Shown here: one piece after another, positions 24,000-36,152 of the stretch
Layout of the letters: every line of letters begins with the position of its first letter
Numbering within the stretch: the first letter of the stretch is position 1
Source of the DNA: Octopus sinensis
Lineage: Eukaryota
Direction of reading: 5' to 3'
Length of the DNA: 64,000 bases
NCBI RefSeq assembly: GCF_006345805.1
Contig: NC_043001.1
Coordinates: forward strand, 46,376,001-46,440,000
Made by a program: the position numbers and the translations under genes
Notes under the pieces: model-generated
Told to the model about the DNA's origin: nothing
Databases searched by the model: none
The model's input: the letters and a program-made list of their open reading frames with translations, nothing else

Positions 24000-25658
24000 A
24001 CTAGCAGTATCGCCCGGCGTTGCTCGGGTTTGTTTCGACCCGCTGGAATTGTAATTTTGAAAAGTAAAAATTTTGTGAACATTTTTCTGGTCGAAATACA
24101 CCGAAAAGTGGCGACACAGCAGTGAAAAAATCGTAAAAAATAGGGATTTTCATAGAAAAAGCATCTTTTTAATGTAAATAATTTTTGGTGTTAACATGGT
24201 CCGATTTGAATTTTATGTTCTACGGAAGGAAGAGCAACCCTTCTTCTACCATACTCTCAATTTTGGTCAACTTGCGCCGCAGGTCTCGGAGGAGATAGTG
24301 TTAGTTGAAGGTTACCATTCTAGGTGCCTGAGTAACAACCTCGCGGATTTACAGATAAATGAATTAATTACTATTTTACAGAATAAAATTAAATAATTCT
24401 TGAAATTAATTAATATTAATATTTTTTGAACAAAGTAAATAATTAAAAACTTAAATAATATTTTTTTTACCAAACGCGAACGGGGAAAAGGGGTGGCGAA
24501 TTCGATTTACATACCTAAATTTTTTCTTTTCATGACATTGTAGCAAAATAGTAGTGAATTATATAAATACCAGCAGTACATTTTTTTTTCTGGGGTATTT
24601 TTTTCAACCTCGTCACATATTTGCCCCTTTCAATTTAAACAAAGTCTTAATTAAGCAATTACGGCAGCTTAGCAATGGTTTCAATACAGGCGTGACATTG
24701 TATCTCAATTGTTCAAAACCCTTCGAATTTTTTCGCACGTGATGATATCATAGTGAAAACTTTCAATTACGCGCGCTTAGAAGTACGCTCGCAAATTAAT
24801 ACTACCAAAATTTTGAAGTTCGCGCTCCACTTGTGTGTGTGTGTGTGCGTGCTTTAGGTGTACGTAGGTATGTGTTTTTTGTGTGTGTGTGTCACTGAAG
24901 CCATACATACATATATACATACATAACCTCTCTCTCTCTTTTCTCTCTCAGTCACTCACTACAAAAAGTGAATAAAAAAAGTTCAGTTATTTCTGTCTTT
25001 CACTCTGTCTGTCTCTTTACACACACTAACAAAGCACTTCACTTACACACCACACTTTCTGTGTCGCACACCCCATCAAACACACCACCACACACACACA
25101 CACACACCTCACGCACGCACACATGTACATCAATGCTTTCGGAGTGAAATGTTAAAATATTGAGTTTTCTCGAATTTTGTCTTAATTGGGGGTGAAATTG
25201 AAAGAAATATATTATGGCATGACCGAATGGAGTACTTTGAAAAATCTTAGGTAACTCTAATTGAAGAAATTGTGTGAGGAGTAAATCGTTATGTATTATT
25301 TGTTTCTGTTTGCGTGTTTTTTTTTATTTTTTGAGTAGTGGTTTAAATACTTTCAGTTTAGTCTTCCTCAAATCACTCTGTCGCTATTTACTTTCATTTT
25401 ATTCGTTGCACACTGTGTGTGTGCGTGTCCTGTGGTGTAAACCACATTAAGAAAAGCATTTGACATACACACCAGAATGTGAGTTTTCTGTAAATTTTGC
25501 TTAATTGGAGTTTAAATTTTAAAAACTGGACCTGGCATGACCCGATGCATTCTACTCTTAAAAATGCTAGGTAAATTGTAATTGAAGAAATCCTATATTG
25601 TAGATTTCTATAAGTTACAAAGGGAGGCAGATAAAATCTGCCTTTTATAATAAGAGAT
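24000..25658 (+). mobile_element. Helentron/DINE-like non-autonomous element, 1.66 kb
   Basis: 5' actagcagtatcgcccggcgttgctcggg, 3' hairpin aggcagataaaatctgcct followed by ttataataagagat. Internal ~120-bp duplication (25155-25275 vs 25475-25595). Confidence 0.6.
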
Positions 25659-26741
25659 TTATATATAATGAGAGAAACGGAAGATGATGGAAGATATGAG
25701 AATCTTTATTAATTTCAAGAGGTACCTCATTAAAACAAACTGTTTCACACAACTTGTTTCAGCACGTTTTCTTCTTGGTCTTTGTATATAGAAATGGTGA
25801 GTTAATGGATACAATTAATAAATGAATGGCTAAAGAACAGGCATTATTTCATAAATTTATGAACTTCCTGTCACAACCGCCGTTCTTTTGTCATTGATTT
25901 ATCAATATAATACGCTGCGTGTAATTGCGTATGCACTTTTTTGTAACACCTAACCACTTAAATCTGTCGAATTTGTTCCGCTTAATATGATTTACTTTCC
26001 AACTTACTCGATTGTCTGGAGTAGTTCTGGTTATTGTTTTCTTCTGGGGTGGGGGCGGATTCGAAAGTTCATTCTGCTTTCCTATTTGTCTCATAATATT
26101 CAACCAATGTTTTTATGCTAATAAATTCTGTTGATCAAATTAATTTCCTCCTTTTTCTCATACGTAAATCTAATCAATAGATATGTAATACGCTATGCGT
26201 CCCCAATCTATATTTAATGCGATATATGCATTTGTATTTACATTATTAATTATTCTACTTCATATATTCCACAATATTCCACTATTACCATTTACATTCA
26301 ACTTACTGGGAAGTATAAGGAATTCAATTTTAGCCTATTTACTTGATTTAAGCGGAACAAAAGAAAAAAAAAACAGAAAGAATTTGAAATTACAGATTCA
26401 AAATTCCCAAGGCCAAGGTGTATTGGTGCTGCCTCATGTTTATGTAAGAAATATTGTTCTTCGGGAACTTTTGCAGTGAATATGAATAACAATGCTCATT
26501 TGTAGCTTTTGCACGGAATATGTCAAATATGTTGTAAAAGTGCAGCTTTTGCATAAACTAAACCTGTTGTCCTTTTAAAAACCTTTACAAAATGCATGTA
26601 ACCTGTTTGTAAGATCATGAACCCATGTGTAAATATACATGTTTTGGTGGTTTTGATTTTATGTATGTGTGTATATATATATTTCGTTTTTAGATTTGGT
26701 TTGCAAGATTCTTTATATGAGTTCGTGTGTTGAAGCATATT

Positions 26742-26970
26742 CTGTTGTCTCTGGGCAGAGTCATTTTCTTTTTGTGCCTTATGATTTAACACACTCACCG
26801 GTAAAATTTCCATTTATTCCTTATTTTTATTCTCCTAAAATTTTCGTTGCGTCTTGCAACCTTGCTAGAAAATTTTAGGAGAATAAAAATAAGGAATAAG
26901 TGTAAATTTTACCGGTGAGTGTGCTAAGTCATAAAGAACAAAAAGAAAATGACTCTCCACAGACACAACA
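26742..26970. repeat. Fold-back inverted repeat, ~103-bp arms with a 22-nt spacer, PLE-terminus-like
   Basis: Arms 26742-26845 and 26868-26970 differ at about ten positions. Confidence 0.95.
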
Positions 26971-27034
<64 letters not shown>

Positions 27035-27077
27035 CTATATAATATATATACTATATATATATTGTTGTTTTGTTTTT

Positions 27078-27344
27078 TCTCGAGCCATAGCTCATAAGGG
27101 CCGGTTTCCCAGTTTCCTTGGCGTATAGGTTCCCCACCTGGACGGGACGCCGGTCCATCGCAGGTGAGCTGCAAGATGCAGGAGGAAAGAGTGAGAAAAA
27201 GTGGCGAAAGAGTCAGCAGAAGTTCGCCATTACCTTCTGCCGGAGCCGTGTGGAGCTTAGGTGTTTCGCTCATAAACATACACATCGCCCGGTCTGAGAT
27301 TCGAAACCGCGAGTCCGCTGCTCTAACCACTAAGCCATGTGTCT

Positions 27345-27345
<1 letters not shown>
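27078..27345 (-). mobile_element. SINE family D
   Basis: Reverse complement of 20626-20915. Confidence 0.85.
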
Positions 27346-27379
<34 letters not shown>

Positions 27380-27479
27380 CACACATATACACACATATAT
27401 GTATTGTAAAATTAGGTAGAGCATTTATGATAGAAAATAACAATAAATGAGTGAAACGATGACTACAACATACTGTAGA

Positions 27480-27700
27480 TGTTGATTTCAAACTTTAGCA
27501 CAAAGACAGCAATTTCAGGAGAGGGGAACAAATCAATTATATCGATTCCAGTAGTCGATTGGTACTTATTTTATCGACCTGGAAAGGATGAATCGCACAG
27601 TCGGCCTTGGAGGAATTTTGAACTCAGAACTAAAGACAGATGAAACGCTGCCAAGCATTTTGCCTGGCGCGGTAATGATCCCGTCAGCTTTCCGCCTTAA
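27480..27700 (-). mobile_element. SINE family B (B2)
   Basis: Reverse-complement head, central domain and tail. Confidence 0.75.
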
Positions 27701-27702
27701 CA

Positions 27703-27954
27703 TACTCTTTACTCTTTTTACTCTTTTACTTGTTTCAGTCATTTGACTGCGGCCATGCTGGAGCACCGCCTTTAGTCGAGCAAATTGACCCCAGGACTTA
27801 TTCTTTGTAAGCTTAGTACTTATTCTATCGGCTCTTTTTGCCGAACCGCTAAGTTACGGGAGCGTAAACACACCAGCATTGGTTGTCGAACGAAGGTGCG
27901 TGGGTGGGTGGGTGAGGACAAACACAGACACAAATTCATATGCACACACATACA

Positions 27955-27990
<36 letters not shown>

Positions 27991-28156
27991 TACGACGGGC
28001 TTCTTTCAGTTTCCGTCTACCAAATCCACTCACGAGGCTTTGGTCGGCCCGAGGCTATAGTAGAAGAAACTTGCCCAAGGTAACACGCAGTGGGACTGAA
28101 TCCGGAACCTTGTGATTGGTAATCTAGCTACTTACCACACAGCTACCCCTGCGCCT
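27703..28156 (-). mobile_element. SINE family A, full length with (AAAAGAGT)n tail
   Basis: Head through tail intact. Confidence 0.92.
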
Positions 28157-28560
28157 ATACTGTCCATATTAAAAGCAACCAAACCTGTTTAATATTGGAG
28201 AGTGATAAATATAATTTTCTTATTTTTCTGGTTGTTTTGGCATTTTTATTTACTCTGATTAGCAACTTTCATGTACATTTTTCAACAATACCACCCTTTC
28301 TGTAGTTAATTGATATTTATGTTCTGTAGTTATCCGAGGTTTTACAGTAAAATATAAGTATTATTGGTTATTAGTATCGCTATAGATATGCAGAATAATA
28401 CGTGTGTGTGTGTGTGTGTGTTGTGTGTGTGTGTGGTGTGTGTGTGTGTGTGTGTATAATTAATTGAGGTAAATATTTTACGTTGAGGGGTTTAAAAAAG
28501 CCGAAACGTCTGCTTAAAGACATATATCGCTGCTCATATTTGCAATGTTTTTATTTTGAT

Positions 28561-28940
28561 CGGCGAGCTGGCAGAGACGTTAGCACGCCAGGCGAAATGC
28601 TTAGCGGTATTTCGTCTGTCTTAACGTTCTGAGTTCAAATTCCGCCGAGGTCAACTTTGCCTTTCATCCTTTCGGGGTCGATAAATTAAGTACCAGTTAC
28701 GCACTAGGGTCGATGTAATCGACTTAATCCGTTTGTCTGTCTTTGTTTGTCCCCTCTGTGCTTAGCTCCTTGTGGGTAATAAAGAAATAGAAATAGGTAT
28801 TTCGTCTGTCTTAACGTTCTGAGTTCAAATTCCGCCGAGGTCAACTTTACCTTTCATCCTTTCGGGGTCAAATAAATTAAGTACCCGTTGCATACTGGGG
28901 TCCCCCCAAATTTCGGGCCTTGTGCCTAGAGTAGAAAAGA
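28561..28940 (+). mobile_element. Tandem SINE family B dimer (B1 unit plus 5'-truncated B2 unit)
   Basis: Both units share gtcttaacg and gtcaacttt variants but have different tails. Confidence 0.85.
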
Positions 28941-29339
28941 TTTTGATCGGCTAATATTACTCGTCATTGTTTTTACATGTGGAACATCTTTAGAGGAAGC
29001 TTTTGTCTACTAATCGCACAGGAAATCGACATTTCCCGACTCTTTATATTGAACATATAAGATGCTACAGGGCTTTACTTCCATTGAGATATTTCTCCTC
29101 AGTCTTATTGTTAGCAACAGCAAAAAGTCATCCTCCAACCGGCGGTGGAAACACCATGGTGTTGCTCGATTTACGAGAAGTAGCGACGAAATTTTCCTCG
29201 TATCTGACTCTATCTTTAAACAAAGATGCGCTGCTGGGCAATAATGTTGATATGCAAAAAAACAAAAATAAATAAATAAAACAAAAAAACAAACAAACAA
29301 GAGGACAGAAAGTTCGCTGCTGGAACTCCTTTGATCGTA

Positions 29340-30593
29340 TGGTTGCTCGATAAGGGGAATAGTAAAAGACAACAGCAGCAGCAACAGCAACAACAGCAAC
29401 AACAACGACAGCAGTGACGGTAGTAGCAGCAACAGCAACGTATGGAAGCGCAATGGCCCAGTGGTTAGGGCAGCGGACTCGCGGTCGTAAGATCGCGGTT
29501 TCGATTCTCAGACCGGGCATTGTGAGTATTTATTGAGCAAAAACATTTAAGCTCCATGATGTTCCGCGGGGGGGGGGGCTGTACTCTTTCACCACAGCTT
29601 TCTCTCACTCTTTCTTCCTACTTCTACCACAAAGCAGAGGAACCATGGTGTAACCCACTATGGTGTGGTAAACTTTCAGACTCTAGTCTAGATTGCGAAT
29701 CCTCTGTACCCCAGGATGGTTCAGCTCTCCACCCGTTAAAAGTCACCGTTTACGGAATGAGGGTAACTACGTAGCTTTCGAGCCCGTGCAACCGCCAGTC
29801 TAACGCGTGTGGTGGGTGGATTTTCAAGCTGCTGCACGCATTCTTAGTAGCTTAGAGTAGGCTCGAATTAGAGATCATTCTTTGTGGCTAATGGCGTGAG
29901 TCTTGATTGGAAGAAGAAGAAGAAGAAGAAGAAGAGAAGAAGAAGAAGAAGAAGAAGAAGAAGACGACGACGACAGCAACGTCACCACTACTGCTACCAC
30001 CGCCAACAACACCAACAATAGCAACAGCAACAGCGACAACAACAATAGCAGCAACAACAACGACAAGAACATCAATAGCAACAGCAGCAGCAGCAACAAC
30101 AAAAGGTAATTTTTCAGCTGAGAAACGGATGAAGAAATGGATGAATCTTTGTGGTTCTTCAATTGCATAAAAACCACACAAAAGGACTGCAAATTCATTC
30201 ATTCTTTGACCCGATTACGAAACAACTGGCGAAATGAAAGGAAGAAAGGAAGAAAGAGGGAGGCCAGAAGTTAGGAGCGTATTAGAAATTGCGGAAGGAA
30301 GAGCGGTTTGAATCTGACGAAGATTAACTTTATATCGCAAACAGTTGTGATTATATATGGCCGCAGTTTTTCCTGGCGAATCCAAACGCCACATCCGCCA
30401 TCGCTGCCATCGCCGCCATCGCCGTCACCGTTGCTAACACCGCTGCCGCCTCTGCCGCCTTTGCCGCCTTTGCCGCAGCCGCCACTACCACCACCACCAC
30501 CATCACCACCGTCACCACCTACACCACCACAACCGTCACTACCACCGACACCGCTGTCGCTACCACAGTCACCACTTGAACCACCTCAGCCAG

Positions 30594-30690
<97 letters not shown>

Positions 30691-30873
30691 ACTACTGCTG
30701 CGAGTGCTGCTGCTGCTTCCGCTGCTGCTTTTACTACAAGAACAATATCAACAACAACAATAATTACTACTACTACTACTACTACTACTACAACTACTGC
30801 GGCTGCTTTACTGCATTACTACAGCAACAACAAAAAACAATAACTACTACTACTACTACTACTACTACTACTG

Positions 30874-30917
<44 letters not shown>

Positions 30918-30975
30918 TCCGCTGCTACTTTTACTACATCATAAACAACAACAACTACTACAACTACTGCTCCTG

Positions 30976-31029
<54 letters not shown>

Positions 31030-31030
31030 A
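29340..31030. repeat. Extended trinucleotide-repeat mosaic (CAG, AAG, AAC, GCC, CTA, CTG) around a family D SINE (29443-29620)
   Basis: Directly visible. Confidence 0.85.
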
Positions 31031-31532
31031 ATCAATTCTAGAGAGAGACATTTGAAGTAAAAATATGTGACGTTTAGACATCTCGAAGATCAAGAATTAT
31101 TTCCCAAGAAAGCAGCATCAATTGCAAACAAATATTTGGAAAAATCCTGATGGATTTCTGCAAAGAACACCAGACATTTTTGACGTGCTAAGATCGAAAC
31201 TATTTTCAAGACAAATATGCATATCAATACACACACACACACACGCACACACGCACACACACACACACACATACACACACACGCACGCACACGAAAAAAT
31301 ATGTACATATACATACTCACACACTCGCTCTCTCTCTCTCTCTCACACACATACACACACATACTTAAATGTATATCTCGTTTTCTTTCCTTCCTTCTCC
31401 ATCTGTTTTATGTATGTATGTATGTATGTATGCATGCATGCATGCATGCGTTCATGTATGTATGTATGTATGTATGTATGTATGCATGCATGCATGCGTT
31501 CATGTATGTATGTATGTATGTATGTATGTATG

Positions 31533-31576
<44 letters not shown>

Positions 31577-31579
<3 letters not shown>

Positions 31580-31835
31580 TATCTTTTACTTGTCTCAGTT
31601 ATTAGACAGCGGCCATGCTGGGGCACCGCCTTGAAAAATTTAGTCGAACCTATCGACCCAGCACTTATTTATTTTTGTAAGCCTGGTACTTATTCTATCA
31701 GTCTCTTTTGCCGAACCGCTAAGCTACGGGAGCGTATACACACCAACACCGGTTGTCAAGCGGTGGGAAATACAGGCACAAAGGCACACATACACACACA
31801 CACACACACATGGACTTTTCAGTTTCCGTCTGCAA
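31577..31835 (-). mobile_element. SINE family A, 5'-truncated
   Basis: Tail and body match the consensus. Confidence 0.85.
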
Positions 31836-31974
31836 ACTATAGTTTCTCCTCTCCCTCTCTATCTCTCCCATCTCTGTCTATCTCTCCTTCTCTCCATTAC
31901 TCTTCCCCCCACTCTCTATACGCACCTTTTCTCCTAATATACTGATCGACTCAATTTGGTTTATATTTTGAAAT

Positions 31975-32057
31975 GCATCGACTGAGGAAGGTATTCCGCT
32001 AGGAGTGAATTTCCAACTACCTATTATGTAATAATCTGAAACATACGCATTAAATGC
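31975..32057 (+). ncRNA. Degenerate type I hammerhead with long stem II
   Basis: gcatcga-CTGAGGA-agg...tct-GAAAC-ATAC-GCA-ttaaatgc. Explainable as a decayed ACGTACGT stem III, GUA site and gcatcga/tcgatgc stem I. Confidence 0.3.
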
Positions 32058-32164
32058 TTTCGAAATATCATTTTATTTGACTTCATTGATATACTGTATG
32101 CATGTGTGTGTATGTGTGTGTGTGTATGTATGTGTGTGTATGTGTGTGTATGTGTGTGTGTCAT

Positions 32165-32930
32165 TGTTCAGCTTTATTTCAAGATTTCTCGCCAATAAAG
32201 AAATAGTTGGTATCTAACATAGATTCAAGGCTCCTTCATTGGAACTTCAACAACAGGGTACTTTTGTTTGTATGTATGTATATGTGCAGATTTGTATGTT
32301 TTGTTTTATGTATGTGTTTCCACGCATATAGTTGCATATCCAGACATGCTCATATATATTTAAATGATAAACTTCTGGAAAGTTTTACAGATTTTTACAG
32401 TCCCAGTGATGGATTGGATCTGTAGTCTTCGAATTAGCTTTCTCCTTTCTGGTTTTGAGAAGCCGAATTTCTCAAGATTGATATTTAGGCAGTGTGTTAC
32501 ATATCCCGGGACTCCAATAATTACAGGTATAAACCTGAACTTGTAATCTGGCTAGAATAACTACAGATTTCTAAATAGTTCAGCGTAAGTATTCTCTTTT
32601 TCACTGATCTTCAGCTTCAGATATCACCCACATCATAAGCAGTTGTCCGGAAATATCAACACAGTTTATCTACAGATGAGACATGATGTAACTAGGACAC
32701 TTTATAATGAAATCCGTCAGAAGGATAACCCCGAGCACAAAGAAATAAGAACCTACAGTATGGTAGAAGCCATAGCCACTCATAATAATAAGGAGTACTG
32801 GTGGAATGTCCCAGTGAAGACCTCAATAAAATGTAAGCACAACGGACCTGATATATTGATTTAAGATAGAGAAGAGAAACTGTGTGCAGTTGTGGAAATT
32901 AACTGCCCAGCGGATTTTAATATAAACTGA
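32165..32930 (-). mobile_element. R4/Dong-type RLE LINE with an inverted 5' segment
   Basis: Minus 32617-32332: KLKISEKENTYAELFRNL...GTVKICKTFQKFII* followed by the 3' UTR. Plus 32619-32930: DITHIISSCP..YLQMRHDV...WWNVPVKTSIKCKHNGPDILI*DREEKLCAVVEINCPAD (CCHC knuckle and PD..D..E RLE motif). Confidence 0.85.
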
Positions 32931-34069
32931 CATCTGATTGTTCAAAGAAGCCTTCAAATGTAACTAGTAGCAACTTCTCTTGAAAATCGACAAAATTTGG
33001 CATCGTGGTGTTGTCAAGTACCTGCAGAAAAATGGTTTAGACTCCAACGACATTCATGTTGACATAGTTGCTACATTAGAGGATGACGCTCCAGCGTGGG
33101 CAGCTGAATTTAAGAGGAGGAAAGGAGAGTGTTGAAGATGACCTAAAGTTAGGACGTCCTACACTGCCACCACAGAGGAAAACATTGATCATGTTTACAA
33201 CATGGGGATAGATGACAGGTGATTGACTATAAATCAAATAACCAATGCTATTAGCATATCCCGTGAGAGAGTATTCTGTACAATGAACTTGGCATGACGA
33301 ACGTTTCTGTTCGGTGGGTGCCACGTCTTCTGAGACCTGATCAAAAGCACACCTAGCTGATCACATCAAGGGAAAATCTGACATTGTTTCAGGTACAGCC
33401 AGCTGGTTTCTTTGAAGCAAAGATGAGTGCTGGGTTCGTCACTTTGAGCCAGAGACAAAGAGACAATCAACGCAGTGGAAACACCCCTCCTTCCTTGTTC
33501 CAAAGAAAGCCAAGATCGTTTCCGGTCCAAAGAAGGTAATTGTCTCAGGTGTTTTGGAGATGCAGAAGGCATTGGGTTTATTAACTGTCTTCAAAAGGGT
33601 CACACCGTCAATTGAGAATGTTATGGCAACTTACTGAGGCAGTTATGAAAGGCTCTCAAACCAAACGCCCAGGAAAACTGACGAAAGGGGCTTCGTTTCA
33701 TCAGGACAATGCTACAGCACAAAATTCCTTCGTTTCAATAGCTGTTGTGCGTGACTGTGGCTTTGAACTGTTTCGGCACCGTCCTTATTGTCTTGATTTG
33801 ACCCCATCTAACAATCATCTGTTCCCCCAAATCAAAAAAGGAAACGTTTAGCTGGGAACCAGTATCGCAGTGATGATGACTTCACATCTGCTGTTGACAT
33901 TTTTGACCAACAGGATGAAATCATCCTCATCAATGGGATTCAAACATTGTAACACAAATGGAAGTTGTTGTTAACTGCAAGGGGGACTATGTTAAAAAAT
34001 AAACCTCATTTGGTCACATTCCATGAAGGTATCTTCGTCAGCCTATGAACTTTTCGGTTTATCCTCGCA
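32930..34069 (+). mobile_element. Mariner (DD34D) transposon remnant lacking the left TIR
   Basis: Right TIR cagcctatgaacttttcggtttatcctcgca, with a transposase pseudogene inside. Confidence 0.9.
32986..34002 (+). pseudogene. Mariner transposase pseudogene
   Basis: Motifs DKIWHRGVVKYLQK, RWVPRLL, HFEPETKRQS.QWKH, FHQDNA, H.PY..DL.PS..HLFP, GDYVKK*. Many stops and frameshifts. Confidence 0.92.
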
Positions 34070-34520
34070 GGAACGGAGAACAAAATGCGGTTTCGGATTT
34101 CTTGCCTCAGTTGTCCATCTGTAATCATTTTTGCAATAATCAATGAGTTTGGTTCATCAACATTATTCTCATTTTCGTCATTTAGAATTATCCTATCGAT
34201 TAAGTATTCTTAATTCAACTCCTGTTCCACAATTTTTTCACTCTCTGCAATTGCTAAATCATTCAATTTTTCACCTCTTGGACAAAGGATGTTAATAGTA
34301 TACTCTTTTACTCTTTACTTGTTTCAGTCATTTGACTGCGGCCATGCTGGAGCACCGCCTTTAGTCGAGCAAATCGACCCCGGGATTTATTCTTTGTAAG
34401 CCCAGTACTTATTCTATCGGTCTCTTTTGCCGAACCGCTAAGGGACGGGGACGTAAACATACCAGCATCGGTTGTCAAGCAATGCTAGGGGGACAAACAC
34501 AGACACACACACATACACAT

Positions 34521-34565
<45 letters not shown>

Positions 34566-35700
34566 TACGACAGGCTTCTTTCAGTTTCCGTCTACCAAAT
34601 CCACTCACAAGGCATTGGTCGGCCCGGGGCTATAGTAGAAGACACTTGCCCAAGATGCCACGCAGTGGGACTGAACCCGGAACCATGTGGTTGGTAAGCA
34701 AGCTACTTACCACACAGCCACTTCTGGATTTATAAATTTTTCTTGCTACGGAGCTGGAATAAGAGAAAAATTGACTCAGAATAATTAATAACGCCCGTAC
34801 TGAGAACTAAATACTCACAACTGCTTAATACTGTGTAGTATTATTATTTCCATGCTAATCCAATCAAAATAATTTTCTAACATACATTTAACGTAGTTTT
34901 CTAGATTACAAAACGTGCTATTACAATTATCTTCACACAATGCAGAATATCATACTTTTTGCACACCATTGAAACAGTAATCTGGGTTATCTTCCATATC
35001 TTTTATACGAATATTTAATGTAATTTATTTAAAAAATCACAAAATAATGATTCTTTGATTTAATGGTTAGATAAGCGTTGTAAAAGTGAATGGTAAAAAA
35101 GAGACTTTTAACATAGGGATGTAAAGCAGCGTTATCATTTAGCAATAAAATATTTAAGTCAATATTACTTTCTTTTGTGCAAAATTGAGCTTCAAGGTCA
35201 AAGTTTTTACAAAACTTGTTATCGAATACTGCAAAAGCCATTGATGATTTTTTATTTGCAAGCCAATAAACGTGGATGGTGGTAGTAGCGGTTTATATAT
35301 TACAGCCCGTTTAATTAGTAATGGCTTCATGAAACAGTTACCTAATGTATAAGAGCATAGTAATAATATGATTTGATCTTTAGATGCTCTGAGTCCGCAA
35401 AACGTTTTTTCTCTTCTCGTTATAGCAATTCTCGTTGGAATTTTTTTATGAATTGACCAGCTGTATCAACTTTAAATATTTCTACTAAACAATAATAAAA
35501 CTAAAACTTCAAATATTTTAGTTAACTATGGTGCATATTCTTCAGTAGTTTTCTCATCAGTTGATCCATATTCGATAATATGAAGAAAGCTTCACTTAAA
35601 AATTTTCCAAGCCCAAAACTCGAGGTTGTAAATGATTAGATGCTTGACTTGTTACGTCGATTTGATAAAAACTTATAACTTCTTTTTACTATACTGCAAA
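34070..35700 (-). pseudogene. Putative decayed protein-coding sequence of unknown family with a 65-nt GT-AG intron (34754-34818), interrupted by a SINE
   Basis: Long nearly open frames (ILCPRGEKLNDLAIAESEKIVEQELN*EYLIDRIILNDENE...; LNIRIKDMEDNPDYCFNGVQKV*YSALCEDNC...). Donor gtgagt, acceptor tttttctcttattccag, phase-compatible. Confidence 0.35.
34300..34722 (-). mobile_element. SINE family A, near full length
   Basis: Close to the consensus. Confidence 0.92.
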
Positions 35701-35824
35701 GCTATCTACATGCAGTGCTTTCATTGGTTTTATCTTTTGGCCAAATAAAAATAGTTTTCCTCCCATTGTTTCCCTGCTAGTACGTGTACGCGTGTACATG
35801 TATGTGTGCATGCATATGTATATC

Positions 35825-35855
<31 letters not shown>

Positions 35856-35867
35856 ATATATATATAT

Positions 35868-36150
35868 GGCCCAGTGGTTAGGGCAGCGGACTCGCGGTTT
35901 CGATTCCCAGACCGGGCGTTGTGAGTGTTTATTGAGTGAAAACACCTAAAAGCTCCACGAAGCTCCGGCAGGAGGTGGTGGTCCCTGCTGTACTCTTTCA
36001 CCACACTTTCTCCCACTCTTTCTTCTGTTGGCCTGCTCGCTTAGCCAGCGGGATGGCGTCATTCGAAGTCTAAAACAATGCGAACGCATTGTGACCAGCG
36101 ATGTGTAACAACATCTGATGGTATGGTCGGTCACGTGATCACGTGATATA
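35868..36150 (+). mobile_element. SINE family D head with an alternative 3' part
   Basis: Head shared with 20626. The tail differs after ctctttcttc. Confidence 0.75.
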
Positions 36151-36152
36151 TA

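Noticed and set aside
29003-29330. Several overlapping ORFs with acceptor-like sites on both strands
   Set aside because: No single frame or strand is favoured and no protein motif was recognised.
29875-31093. Poly-Pro, poly-Leu, poly-Tyr and poly-Cys ORFs
   Set aside because: Trinucleotide-repeat artefacts without convincing splice boundaries.
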